Positions 11,704-24,731 of a stretch of 64,000 bases of DNA are shown one piece after another (position 1 is the first letter of the stretch; every line of letters begins with the position of its first letter). The position numbers were made by a program, and so were the translations under genes. Under the pieces are notes generated by a model, which had not been told where the DNA came from, did not search any database, and saw only the letters and a list, made by a program, of their open reading frames with translations. This DNA comes from Lingula anatina (lineage: Eukaryota > Animalia > Brachiopoda), in the NCBI GenBank assembly GCA_051362555.1, contig CM120642.1, forward strand, positions 13,144,001-13,208,000. Direction: 5' to 3'.

Positions 11704-14700
11704 CCTCCGCCCACAGAGAGTATGTTGTTGTTTTCATCGGCGGGTTAGGATTCTTATAGGTACATGACCAGAAGTGTGAGATGGATTTGCTCAATATTTT
11801 TATTTTCAACTTCAAACAGCAGCACATCGAGCATTTGGTATGTACTCGGACCACATGAGTTTGTTGGCATAAATCAAAGAGTTCTGGCTATGGTTAAGTC
11901 TAGCTTTGATTTTGTGTCGAGGCAAAACCCAACACTTGTCCAACAGGGAACAGTGACTGGAAGTTCTGGTCATTTTCCGACTCCCAAGAGACATCAAAAT
12001 TAATATTGGTAAATCATTGGGGAGAAAGATTTGTAATTCTTATTAATTTCACAGTATTAGTAATCTTTCAAAAAAAAGCATACTATTATTGGAAAGCTGT
12101 CAATTACTATTCCAAAAACCAACTTCATACTTTGTGCACAGGAGCGTCGAGATTGTTGTCTATCTGACAGGCCTTAGACATTTATTGATGGAGAATCCAG
12201 TGAAGAAACCCCTAGTGCTGAAATTACCAACAAACTGCCACTGGCATGGACAGTTTAGCAAAACGGCTATATATCCAAGTAAGGGGGCAGCTTACCTACA
12301 GTGAAGGGGGCTGGATCATGAATATTCAATGAGTGCACTTGAAATCCATTGCAGGGGTACTTGTGTATTGGACTGGACCTAAATGTGGATGGCTATGAGG
12401 ATGGAAATCAGTGCAACTAAATAGAGTGATGGGTCTGCAGTGTAAACTGGGTTTGACGTAATTAAGGGAATGATTGAAAAGCCATTATTTAATTGATCCA
12501 CAGAAGTTGTGCTCGCGGTTCATTTCAGAGGACCATGTCTGGTTTCTTCATGGATTGGGTTGTATTTTTTAATCTGGAGATCTATACAAGTTGAAATAGG
12601 CTCTTCTTCACGAAGATTGCTTGTACATTATCAAAAATGAAACTGTTCTCATAGGGGCTATTTTTACAGATGATAGAAATATTTTGACATAAATTAGTCA
12701 TTTAGTTTGTGATTACACTTTTAAAGTGTTCTTTGTAGAACTTATGTAAAGTAATCAATGCACATGTTATCTATTTAGATATTGTAATCATTTAATATGT
12801 TCATAATTACCTGTATACACTGTACACATTATATATAATATATTATATTATTATATTAAAATTACCAATTGTCACTTTTTATTAACAGATATCTACACCT
12901 GGGGGTTTTGAGGGATTTAGCATAATTTATAAACCAGTATAGAAAAATACACAAGTTTTAAGGTGTATTTTCTGGAAGATCTTGGCAATAGAGTGAAATA
13001 GTTTTCTTCTACAGTGTACAGCTTTACTGCAGCTACAGAGGAAGAGTTACAAGTATAACATATGTTGGTATATGAAGTTCATGATATTGATCCATTTTAT
13101 AAGTGGTTATGAGTTACAGTTTAGAGGGGGATGGGTGGGTCCTGCTCAACTCTAAAAACTTATATGTAGTTCTTAACACCTGTCCTGAAAACTTTGTAAC
13201 ATTTGAATTTCTGTCTCCATAAGGAAGTTTTTCTTACTATTAATTTGTGATAGAAATATTCAACTACCTAGAGGGGTGAGGAAGAGAAGAAAAGATTCAA
13301 AGTTATGGTTTGCAGGCGAAGTGCATAGAGGCGGGTACGGGAGATGCCTGTGTCTCCTATTTGCCTCAGTTGTCTGTAATTTTCGATGTGTAAAAGGTGG
13401 GTGAATCATTGCCAGTTTCTCTCCTAACCCAACTCCCATTTTGTATAATCCTTTACTCATTGATTGGTGCGGTCCAAATCTGCTATTGTAGAACTGCTCT
13501 GATTCGAATTGGTGTCGACTGCATCTCTGTGGCTGCTAACTGTATACCGCACAAAAGTAAGAATAACATGCTTTTGACAGGCTGATTACACCCCAATGCC
13601 AATGTGAATAACCTAACTAGTTGTGAAGTAAAGTCGTGCCATTGTTGGAGGTTTAAATTGTTAGTTGCCTAACTGAATGCATTACTGAAAATGGGCCAAA
13701 TTATGTTTAAAACGGACATGGTTTCGGAGCGGGAAATTAATGATATTGTTACCTTTAAGTTGGGATCGGCGTGTTTAATTGCAGTGGAATGGTTGCATAG
13801 CCCAGAACGTTTTGGAAACCCCTTTGACAGAAAACCACCGAAAACCACTCCTTTGAAGCAGTCACAAGGTCACCGCCTTCGTCTTACGTGGTGCGGGACC
13901 AGTCGTTACGCACAGACACGTACATTTGGGACGGGAGGTGGGGCAGGAGCGATAAAACCCTCATTCTTCTCTGCTCTTGTTGGGTACCAAGCACCCCTTA
14001 CCATATATTTGTATGCGTCAGGCGGCGTTCACCCAGTAAATGTTACCTCTGTATGTAAAATCTTATAATTGATTGCATTGCCTGTAGTCTTTTGTACGAC
14101 ACGGTTAAATATTATACTGACTAAAACTTGTTTCAAGATGATTTCTTTTAAAAGGAATAGCCCACCTTCAATTGGTTCTCTTTTAAACTTTATTGCAATT
14201 CTAACATTTACACATAATTTTTTCGGATCGAAACATCATACACTAGATGGACTTGTCTGCTCAGTATTGCATGGAAGGCCTACCAACTTTTGAAACCCAA
14301 AGTTTTTAAGTTTGCTTATACAGGTAAGGGCTGTGTTTGGTGCAAAAACATATGGGTGCTGTTGGAGATCTAAATCAAATTTGTTACATTAATCGAATAT
14401 TTCTGCGTTTGATATAATGCAGCGTGCTCACATATGCCTTTTAAGTTTCCAGAATGTTAACATATGAATTCCCTTGATATTCAAAGCACTGGACTTTGGT
14501 CTTTGCAAAAAGAAGGGAGTGATCGAGGTAGACAGGCCTGTTCACTGATTCACCAAAATTAATCTGTGTAGAAGCACTTATTTATTCCAGACATTAAAAA
14601 ATGGACTCTATTTTGAGATGCGCTAGTTCAGGAATAAAACTCGAGTTAACGCTTGGTGGAGATGGTGCGGACCCCAGCACTGCTTTTTTAACCAGTTGGA

Positions 14701-15820
14701 TATAAAGCTGGTGCTTTTCTATAAGATTTTCATGAAAAAAATCTTTATATTACTTTATTTAAAAATTAGAATTTTGATTGTTCTTGTAGACGTTTATTAA
14801 TTTGGAAAATCTGCTACAATGCAAATATCGTGCTAAAATAATAAGTGACGGAAACTATTTTAAAAATATGTTCAAGTAAAAAACATTTTGATTATGATTG
14901 ATTACAACCGAATTCCTTGCGTCCAACGTAAAAAAAAAAAAACGGTCGGAGTATGTGAGAAAGGTGGATACGACGGGGATGGATTTGGATTAGAGTTTGA
15001 TGTCGGACAAAAAAAAGAATAAAATGGCCCGAGCTTCAGAGCCCTTCAAAAAATTAACAAAAACTGATGTAAAACGTGACACGATCAATATTCACAGGAA
15101 ATCATGATTTAAAAAAGCGACTGTCACAGATAAGTTGTCCTCCGCTGGTGAGATACGCTAGGAGCGCTGTTGAACACCGTTGGTACTTATGTATGCAGCG
15201 TGAAAGTCTGCATAAAAAATACTATAAATTATGTGTGATAAAACGGGTAATTTTCCATAGAACAGAACATATTTCATGCGTGAAAATCATCTTCAATTGT
15301 GTATACACAGTAACAATCATGTCTCGTGACTTTTTCCTATCAGCCACACGAAGCTTCGGCTTAGAAATTGCCAGCTGGCGTTGTACCTGCTAGACTTTCA
15401 GTATATCTTGTAGACGGGGACTCAAAGTTAACTGTGGAAGGCCCAGCCCTATTTGTCAAACCGCGCGAAATACTTCTTGCATATTTTTTATATATGTAAA
15501 GGTTTATCTACAGGGGTTATAAAGTAGAAACTCGGGGAATAATTTTGGATTTGATGTTTGCCAACGAAAGATTTATCTAGTAAACTAACAGCAATGTTCA
15601 TTCATTTTTATGCGTCAAATCTTTGTCGCTGTTATTAACATGAGCTAGTTGTACGAGTAAGGTACAGAGCATCCGTATGTTTGCCATATATTTTATCATT
15701 TACTCTTCTGTATAGATACAACCCTTCCTACAGAAATGCCATACACATATATCATTTGTAAATAGTGATCATTTATGTACATAGTCTTCTTAAGAATAAA
15801 ACGGTTATTACAAACTATTC
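11704..15820 (+). other. Putative ~4-kb 3' UTR of the Mastermind-like gene
   Basis: No credible ORF after the stop; Pumilio-type TGTAAATA/TGTACATA motifs at ~15757-15783 just before AATAAA at 15795, followed by a T-rich tract. The end point is inferred. Confidence 0.45.
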
Positions 15821-17678
15821 GACTTTTTGTATTTGAGCAGGAAATTGTTTACAAATCAAATTGAGCATTTTTCATTAAACTTCATGGGTTGTCTACATCC
15901 GTAACTCACCATGGGTTACTTGCTTTTGCTAAAATAATACCTGAAATAAGAGGTATTTGTGTTGTTACGTAAGGAAATCGGCTTAAATGGCGTAGATTAT
16001 GCTTAAAATTCGATTGAATGTTGTATCCAGCCGAGCGTGGTACAATCCGTACATCTTCTTGATAATGCCACGGTTTTTTTCCGTGTAAATGTAAATGTCG
16101 CTGGAATATTCCACAACTGGAAAAATTGGTAAGTTACTGATGGTAAGCGCGCAGTGGTGGGGATGTTGTCTATCACCACAGTGTTTCATTTGGTGCGACT
16201 TAAGTTCGATTTCTTTTAAATTCATTTTATTTCAGTAAACATTGCCAGTTTAAAGGGGTTACCAGAATAATAGTTATCAGAATGTGCAATTTCGTTAAAT
16301 GGTTGTTAACTTTATAGTACAAAACACATAACAAAACAAGCCTATAGCCATAGCCGAAGAAACGCAGGTTGTGTATAAATAGGAAGAGTTCGCTATTCTG
16401 AGTCAGTGAGTGGCAAATGTGTACCACGTACAATCTGGATTTTGGAATTCAGAACCCGTGAGAATATGAGCACTAAAATGATATTGTCCATCTTAATCAT
16501 TGATTTCTCGAAGCTATTTTTTCTTCTCCTTTTTTATCTGTCACCCTATCACTTTCGGCTAATAAGATAATTATCAACAGAAATAACAGTAATCCAGTAA
16601 TGGGCAGTCAACATTTGCCTGAAGATAGAGAAAAAAATCAAACACTGTGTTATTAAGCACATCAGACAACGGTGCTTGCGGTACTTTCCATTTCTCAAAC
16701 TGTGTCGAGGAAATACACAGCAACTTTGTCTAAAAGAATTGGTCAGTTTTTCCGTCCAGCTGTAGGAGAGAACGAGAGGCTCCACTGAGACTCAGGTCAC
16801 TGATGATTGACTATTGTCGTCGAGGAAAATGCTTGCACTCGTCTAAATACAATGTCTTTTTGTCTTTTTTCTTTATTTTACTTTCTTACAGAATTGAGAG
16901 TTTCTCTGAAAGAGATTGACATAGAAAGTAAATGGAGAAACACAAAATCGACCGCGTGGCGCGTCTTCTGTTTACCACCAAACTTCTAAAAAATTCAAAT
17001 AACAACACATTTATCAGATTTACCAATCATCAGATTCAAGAAAAATGCTCTTCTTGGCAAGGGAAGAAGATTCGTTCGTCGCGTGAACACACTGTATATA
17101 ATTTCATTTGGCACTGAAATCGTGATGGTTAACCAGGAAAAGGGGGAATCCGTTTCAGAGTCAACAAGGAAGTAACCTAAAAACATCCTGGATGTTGTTT
17201 GAATGTACATGTCAAGATAAAAAAATAATTTTGATAACATGTTCGCCCCTTTTAGAAGTTTGTTAAAAGTTTTTTTGCCTCATAAGTTTTCAAGATAATC
17301 ACGCATTACTTCACGCGTGGATCACATTTCTAAAGCCGCCAATTAAAACAAAGGCGTGGATCCAAGAGGCAGACAGTACTGAGTTTATTCATTATATATT
17401 AATGTTGAATCGCGTTCCACCGTCTCATCAATCTTATGACTGTCAGTTATTAGCCCGGCGGAAATTACAATTACATTCATACTAAAAATTGTTACACTGT
17501 AATTACCCACGGAGCTACCAAATAATTGCACTGTTTTAGGCGGAAACCGATGTAAATGACATTTATCTATTCGTGTAAATTACCTGAAGTGTTTCAATGT
17601 TAGCAGCGTACGTTTTTTTTTATCCCGATGTGTAAGGTCAGGAAAGTTAAAATCGTCAAACTTTTTATTTCGTATGTT

Positions 17679-17876
17679 TTATACCTCTGCCAAGGAGGTT
17701 ATGTTTTCACCCCTGTCTGTCATCAACATAACTCCAAAGTTATGGACCGATTTTGATGAAATTTTCAGGAACTGTCAGCAGTGGGCCAAGGAACAGATGC
17801 TTAGTTTTTGGTGGTGATCCGGATCAATAATCAATAATAATCAAAAATCGCTGCCTTGGCGGAGGTCTGCGCTCTC
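17679..17876 (+). mobile_element. Non-autonomous Helentron/DINE-1-like (HINE) element
   Basis: Subterminal inverted repeats ACCTCTGCCAAGG ... CCTTGGCGGAGGT, conserved-looking core GGAGGTTATGTTTTC ... CCGATTTTGATGAAATTTTCAGG ... TTTTGGTGGTGATCCGGATC, short internal microsatellite, T-rich left flank. Confidence 0.65.
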
Positions 17877-18282
17877 GTTGGTATTATGAAATGGAAGTCA
17901 ATCTGGAGGAGGGGGAACATGGACGATATACAGTCCGAGAAAAAAAAAAACTGTCCAAATGTATGCCTGCCAGATAGTTTTATGAATTTGTTTGTTATGT
18001 GAAATAAACGTATTTAGGAAATTACTGACATGGGTGAATAATTGCGTTCATGGTAAAATGGGCAAAATAACAGTTCTCATCACGGCAAATAAATTGGTGT
18101 TTTTAAGTACATGTACCTACGTCTATTTATAAAAATGATGATTATTTTGGGGTCAAAACTAACTTATGAAATGCCGATCGATGGCGAAGTAGCCGTTGTC
18201 AGTGATCGTTATAATGAAAATGGTGAAAGCAAAATACATTTCTGGAATGAGGTAATGCATGGTTTTGCACTTTAGAGACAGT

Positions 18283-18290
<8 letters not shown>

Positions 18291-18326
<36 letters not shown>
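18291..18326. repeat. (AG)n microsatellite
   Basis: About 18 perfect AG units preceded by a short AC run. Confidence 0.95.
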
Positions 18327-18328
<2 letters not shown>

Positions 18329-20011
18329 GATTTAAGCCTACTGTAGACATATGTCAGTTAATCAAGATTTTGAGTTAATAAGTAATTTTAAAATTAATAC
18401 GTTTGGATGAAATTTGCGGCTTAATATTCCGAAGAAAGTGCTAAAGCTGTAGACATGCAAATAAAAATGTATGAGGAGACCATAATTCTTCACCAACTTC
18501 GTATAGATATAATCCACATATCGTTATTTGTACACAAACAAAACATTTATTAATCAATCAAACACGTTAGTCTCGTCAGAATGGAGGCTGGCCGGCAACT
18601 TATAAGTAAAATTCTGTCTTTTGAGTATACCTAATGTGTTTAAATATGGCCATCAACACGTTTGTTCACTTATTAATTCTTAAATATTTATTTATGTATT
18701 TTTATTATCATATGTTATTTTCAATTTTAAAAATTTTTTATCGTCTTCGTTCATGTTACCTTTCTACATTGCATTCCGCTAACATCGTGCTACAATAAAA
18801 GTGACAGTACTCGGAGCCTATTTCAATTTTTCATTATAACGACCCAGACGTCTTCGTTCTCACTTTTGTGACATTTAGCTGTGATAGACGCAAAGCGTGA
18901 AATTTCATACAATGTACGTTTTTTTTCTATAAGTGGAATCATTTCGCCCACAGTGTAAGCTCTTTCTTGGGATTTTATCTGCACACATTAAGAAGGAAAG
19001 TGATGTCAAAGGTACAAAGTAGATGAAGTATTAATTTCTTTCCAAATCAGTATTTTCTGAATTATCTAGGACTAGATAAGACAAAAAAGTATAGGGTAAG
19101 TCTCAAATAACAACCAAGAATTATTTTAATATCGAAACAATAATTAAAGATTTTTAGAAGCAAATATTTGAACAAAATCATTTGTGCGTATTTCTGAAAA
19201 GCCAAAGAAACACGAAAAGGCTCTGCAATAATGTTTATTATTAAAATAACTCATATTAAGTTTTGCTAAGGCTAAAGTTCATAGTGATATTACTTTGTAT
19301 GAGATACTATCTTCCTTTAAAATCCCATGAGCTATTATAATTCATTCAAAAATCAGCGAACGTCTCTGTTACGTAACAAAACTGTAACTTAGGCCCAAAT
19401 TGCAGCTAGGACGCCGATGAAGGCAACAGTGATGATGGGAAGGATAATTCAGCCATGGTTATTTAATGAAATTTTTTTTCCGAGTCTAATATTAAATTTT
19501 GTTTTACAGCTGAAAGCTAGAAGCAAATGTGAAAAAAAATCTTTGCGTATCTATGTCGTTTAATTGCACTCACGCATACAGACATGAGCACCTACAGGCA
19601 CTCTCCCTCTTTCTCTCTCTTACGATGTAAAGTTCCTGACTAATTGCAGCTGTTGGGTCACACGCAGGACCGTTGCATTTAGTGTGACACACAATTACTG
19701 GATTGCGGTTGTTGTGACTGCCAACAGTTCACAAGAAAGAAGTCCTCATGTATAACAACTCAGATATATGGGAAGGGGCGCTGGAGACTATTCCTTGCCG
19801 TACATCAATATATCAGGTGACCAGTCTATCCAGGTCATCACCTGGTGAAAGGTCTCAAGGTGAGACCGCAACATAGGTCAGTTGCTAATATAATGTAAGT
19901 TTGAGTATCAAATTTGTAAATATTACTCATTCTAATTCAGGTGGATAACTAAAAAAACATTCACTCAATTAATTGGGTAGTTTGGCATTTCAGACATGGC
20001 CATTTTCCTTT

Positions 20012-20506
20012 CTATCTGGATGGGCTCCTCACAATGCCCGGATAATTAGGCAGGACCTGGTCAACCCTGGCTTTTCCCGCGGCGGTAATTTCATCATTCG
20101 GCAAGAATGCTGGAAACAGAGTCAGGTTATTTCTCACCCCAGTACTGAGGGGAATACCCCAGAAATCACACATGGGGCTCAAGTTATGGCGCACGATTTC
20201 AGAAAACCTGCCGAACCACATGTCTATCTTAGCTCCATCACCTTGGTTGCTTTCCTCCTCCTTCTTCACAGAGTTCTCGTATAGCCTGAAGACCGTCTTG
20301 AAACTTCCCCATCCAAACTCATGGGCCAACTGGGAATACACACACAGGGCAAAGAATGGATCTTTCTTCCAGTCACTGAGAGAAGGTTGCGATTGGAGAA
20401 GGCGGGGTAGCTTTTCGGCTCGAAATTTCTTCATCGTTGGGTTGTTCCAGGCATCGTTCCCTGTTACCGCCTCGTACGTATACAAAGTGAAGATGTTGTT
20501 GGTTAC
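20012..20506 (-). CDS. TCAF: TCAF/FAM115-like peptidase M60 protein, coding exon 3 (last)
   Basis: Acceptor ttatgccag|GTAACC gives VTNNIF, completing the GEVTNN motif; WKKDPFFALCVYSQLAHEFGW and NLSPMCDFWGIPLS match the TCAF C-terminus; TAG stop. Confidence 0.88.
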   Translation of the reverse strand, partial: VTNNIFTLYTYEAVTGNDAWNNPTMKKFRAEKLPRLLQSQPSLSDWKKDPFFALCVYSQLAHEFGWGSFKTVFRLYENSVKKEEESNQGDGAKIDMWFGRFSEIVRHNLSPMCDFWGIPLSTGVRNNLTLFPAFLPNDEITAAGKARVDQVLPNYPGIVRSPSR

Positions 20507-20808
20507 CTGGCATAAAAAGACACCTTCGTGTGAGTTTAAGAAATCCATGTTGAATTCATTTTCCTTACTTTAAATACTTTAAACGGAATAATAATAATCA
20601 ACGTTATAATCTTTTGGTCTGTCATTTTTTGTTATTGTGGCGGTTTGTTTGGGGAATAAAAAGGAAAAGGGAACTTTCATTTTGTTTATCATTTAATTAA
20701 GAATGTAGCCCCAATTCCACCCTCAAGAGCGAGTCCTACAGCCATGGAAATAACTTACAAAATGACATCGCAAATATAGATCACAAACCGTTCAAAATTG
20801 TCACTTAC

Positions 20809-21188
20809 CTCTCCCATTCCAGAAAACGTCCAGGCCTTGCGTTGCATATTGTGACCAATCTCGTGAAAAAGACCCCAATTTCCATACGATTTCATCCCTG
20901 ACTCACTGAATACAAAGTTGTCGGAGCCGTTGTATTGGAAGTTAGGATCGACCACGTCTAAGTGGGTTACTATGGGGTAGCCAGCGTGCATGTAGCCTGC
21001 AGAAGGTTGCTCGTCAGCGACCACGCGCTCACGTTTTTGGAGGTTGGGGTCAGTCCCGCGAAGATCGTGCTGTGCTGCCACTGCGGAGTCCCACAGGGCC
21101 AAGATGGTGGTTGGGTCGTCTATCTCCCGGACGGAGGTAGATGGAACCGTGAATACAATATGCCTGCCAGCCAACTCTGTCCACAAAC
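20809..21188 (-). CDS. TCAF: TCAF/FAM115-like peptidase M60 protein, coding exon 2 (catalytic HEXXH)
   Basis: ttccag|GTTTGTGG acceptor and GAG|gtaagt donor; encodes ERVVADEQPSAGYMHAGYPI and WGLFHEIGHNMQ. Confidence 0.9.
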
Positions 21189-21331
21189 CTGGAATACCAG
21201 ACACAAACCTTTCGTTATTATCAGCGTCTTTGTCTAAAAATAGAGACACAACGTGGTAATTTAGATATTGATCTGATTAAAAAGAAAGTAATACAGTAAT
21301 AAAGTAGTAATGCAGAAGAATTTTATTTTAC

Positions 21332-22619
21332 CTGGAGCATTTCTCCTTCTTGACCAATCTTCTACTATTTCGGGTTTCGTTAAATCGAAGAAGGGTGCTT
21401 CTACCACATTGCAAACAATAACGGTCAACTCAGCGTTTCTCTCCGGACTGTCGAAGAATAGCAGTCCGCCGTAGGGAGAGGATAAGGCAGTTGTGGCCGT
21501 AAGTTCTTCCAAGACAGCAACGTCTGGCCAGCGTTGCCATGGTTCCTTGACGTTTACCAAACTGTCATCATGGGCACCAATGTAAATCTTCCAACCACTG
21601 AGATCGGTTCCTTGGTCAGATGTCACAGTGACTTTAACGGGTTGTCCAGCCGGGACGTAATAACCCGTTGAGAGACGCTGCCTATGTTTGGTCTTCAGAT
21701 TAAGCCGAACGGTTTCCAATGGTGGTTTGAAGCTGAAATCGCCAGGAAATGCATCAATTCCTGGAAGCTTGCAGAATGCTTGTGGAGGCGTCATTCGGTA
21801 AAGCATGCCAAGGACCCTTACGTTAGCACGTAATGTTGAAGTATTTGCAGGCGATTTGGGACTTGGAAAATTAGATTCCAAGTGCGCTGGATTTAGATAC
21901 CCAATGAGATTATCCTTGAACATTAAAGACCAGAAACTTTGTGGGATCAACGACATTCCCGACAAAAGTTCAACATACTTCTCGCTCCTGTTCAGATCCC
22001 GGGAGACATCTTCAATGGCTCTCCCTATGTGGGCCCACTGCGCCATGTTATCGTTCACATTTAAACTTTGGCCGTCAATGTAGCCTTGGATGTAACACAA
22101 CCCAAGCCGAGCGAGTACTGGAGAGTGAGGCAATTCATCCAGTGTCTTACCAGGATTAAGCTGCAACCACCCCCAGGGACACATACCGCATACCAGGAAT
22201 CCGCCGTATTGGAGATGTGCAAGAACAGCTTCTGTGAACTCTGCCGTAGTCTTCCGGGGATCTAAATGCCACAACAGCACACAGCTTCCCGGTGGTGGGA
22301 GATCACAGCCGGAGCTGATCTCCTTTAGATCCACGTGTTCCAGTGTTTGCCGCCAATTTCTAGTAAGCCAACGCGTAACGTTAGCATTCAGTATTCGGAA
22401 ACGGGGTTCATTTATTTGATATTTCAGCACGTATGAATCATGTGAAAACACCACTACGCGACCAGTTCCGTACTCCGCGGCGGCCATGGCGACCTCTTCG
22501 GGGTGCTTACTGGTTAGGACCGGCTCTGCCCTCTCCCCGACCACCGCCAGTCTGCCAGGTGTGCCTAAAACGGGCACCGCCTCTACTCCCTGCAGTAACT
22601 CCTGTGTCCAAGAAGACAT
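21332..22619 (-). CDS. TCAF: TCAF/FAM115-like peptidase M60 protein, coding exon 1
   Basis: MAAAEYGTGRVVVFSHDSY, GGFLVCGMCPWGW, FPGDF, STGYYVPAG, IGAHDD and SSPYGGLL are TCAF/M60-like-N motifs; donor CCAG|gtaaaa. The three exons total 2163 nt = 720 aa + stop, in frame. Confidence 0.9.
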
Positions 22620-23695
22620 CGCGCGAGTACTGTGTAAAAAGACGGCCGGAAAGATCTAATTTTTTCAAGAATATCGGGGACAGCAGTGTTATTTACTATC
22701 AAGTGCGAGTATGCCTAAGTAAAAATGGTGCCACGTATGTATACGCCTCTCTCTCAAATACGTCACACCGCATTCGTTTAACATATTCACTACATTCTAT
22801 AGTATATCCAACAACACACAAACGTGTCCCTATGATGTGTTGAATTTTCAGACTCCGAACTTCAACAAAACCACAGTCTCCGGGTCAAGGCGCACGGTCC
22901 TAAATCAGCTTAGAATGTGAATAAATGGATACTTCCTCGTTTGTGGCCTACTTATTTGCATAACAACTGACACCCTGATTTTTTAAAATCCACCTCACTT
23001 GCCTTACGATCAGATCATTTCACCTTGTCGCGGTATTGACAGGCGCGGTAGGTTTGTAGTAAGGGTTACGACTGAGGGAATCCAGAACTGCAAATTAAGT
23101 TTTCGACGAAAATGCGGTATATTCTCATGCAGACACTTGCAGGAATACCAAATGTGCTGCGTCCAAATTAACATACCGCACACATTCCTTGTGCACTTTC
23201 AATTTATAAATAATTTCATATATTTATCAACTGTCATGTTCAAATTTAATTTTAGTTGCGGTTTTTTTGAATATTTTAGAGTTAGGCCTATTTAAAGCCA
23301 TAATGTTGTTTCTACACCTACATCCAACATCAAGTTGCAAATAAATATAGAAAATATGATTAGTCTATATATAACAGGTAGAGACTGTATGTCATGAAAT
23401 ATTGCTTCTATTCCCTTTTAACGAAGTAATGTATCGCTCTATATATTTTAATACAAGTAGGCCTATGAACACAACAAAAATGCAAGTGTTTTTCTTCCAC
23501 TGTGCGACCGGTGCCCCCCCCCCCCCAACCCAATTCACCCACATTTTTGGTCTACAGCATTTTGATTGAAAAGTGGAAGCGGGCCCAGAACCCTACGCCA
23601 AGGGGGGTTGGGGTGGGTGGGGGTGGGGGGCGACGTCATCGCATCCGCGGACTCCCCCTTCAAATAGTTCTGGATCCGCCTTTGCGCACAATGTA

Positions 23696-24731
23696 GGGTA
23701 GACCGGGGCTAAACGCCCCCCTTAAGCAAGAAACATCACAATTTTCCCTGCTGAAGGTATAGGCCGTTCAAAGTGGGTGTTAACTATGAAGGGCTGACTA
23801 GACTACAAACTGATACTAACACTTTTGGAAACAAACAAAAGAAAAACCTTATAGGTAAAAAATAGGTAAATTATAAAATCGGCCTTTTTGCCCCATGGCT
23901 GGGGCATTACGCCTCGCACCACGGGGCTAAACGCCCACCGTGGGCGTCTTGCCCCAAACTATAGGCGTTATGCCCCGCCTTTGTACAAAGCAAAATAAAA
24001 TCAAATTATATTTCTACGAGACAACTTAGTAAGCCTTTAAAAGCAACATATAATATTTTGGGGTACTGAGATAATAAAAATACCCATCAAATTTATTCAG
24101 AATGAGCTGTAATTCTACTCTTTACGACAGGGCACTGTGATACTTCCAAAATTAAGTTTCTAGTACAGCCACTTGCTTTGGCATTTCCCCATATAAGTGT
24201 TATAACTGATGATATACAATAAAAAAACATGCATGAAAGAACACTTCCGCATCTTTTTAGAATTATTTTTTATTTAAAAACGAAAGGGGGCAAAACGCCC
24301 AGTGATCGGGGCAAAACGCCCACTATAGGCGTTTTGCCCCATATCAGCATGGGCGTTTTGCCCCAAAGTGAGATTTTGTATATTTTTTCAAAATTCGGCG
24401 GGAAAAGTTTTATACAATCTGACTTCATCGAAACTTGTATGGAGGTCTGATACCATCCTATCTGTCACCAACAAAGTTTTTTGAATTCGTGCATTTGGTA
24501 GGTGGTGTCACTGATGTTTAGGAAAAGGCTAAATAACAATAAACAAGGCAAAAATGAACAAATTATCATAAAATGCTTATTTTTTAGTTTGTGGTCATCT
24601 CCGTCATGGAGGATAAGTCTGCTGGAGATCGGAAGTGGACAAAACATCACGAGACGCGTATTTAAACGTAATACCTGAAAAAAAGCGGGTGGGCGTTTGA
24701 CCCCGACTGGGCGTTTAGCCCCGGTCTACCC
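23696..24731. mobile_element. ~1.04-kb non-autonomous DNA transposon, TA target site (Tc1/mariner-pogo-type MITE)
   Basis: Perfect TIR GGGTAGACCGGGGCTAAACGCCC / GGGCGTTTAGCCCCGGTCTACCC, TA on both sides, internal copies of GGGGC(T/A)AAACGCCC in both orientations. Confidence 0.9.

Noticed and set aside
9639-11854. Several antisense and alternative-frame ORFs over the Mastermind exon
   Set aside because: Shadow ORFs of a GC-rich, low-complexity coding exon.
20012-22619. Recent bacterial horizontal transfer of the M60 gene
   Set aside because: It has canonical spliceosomal introns and a TCAF-type architecture found in animals; not supportable without a phylogeny.
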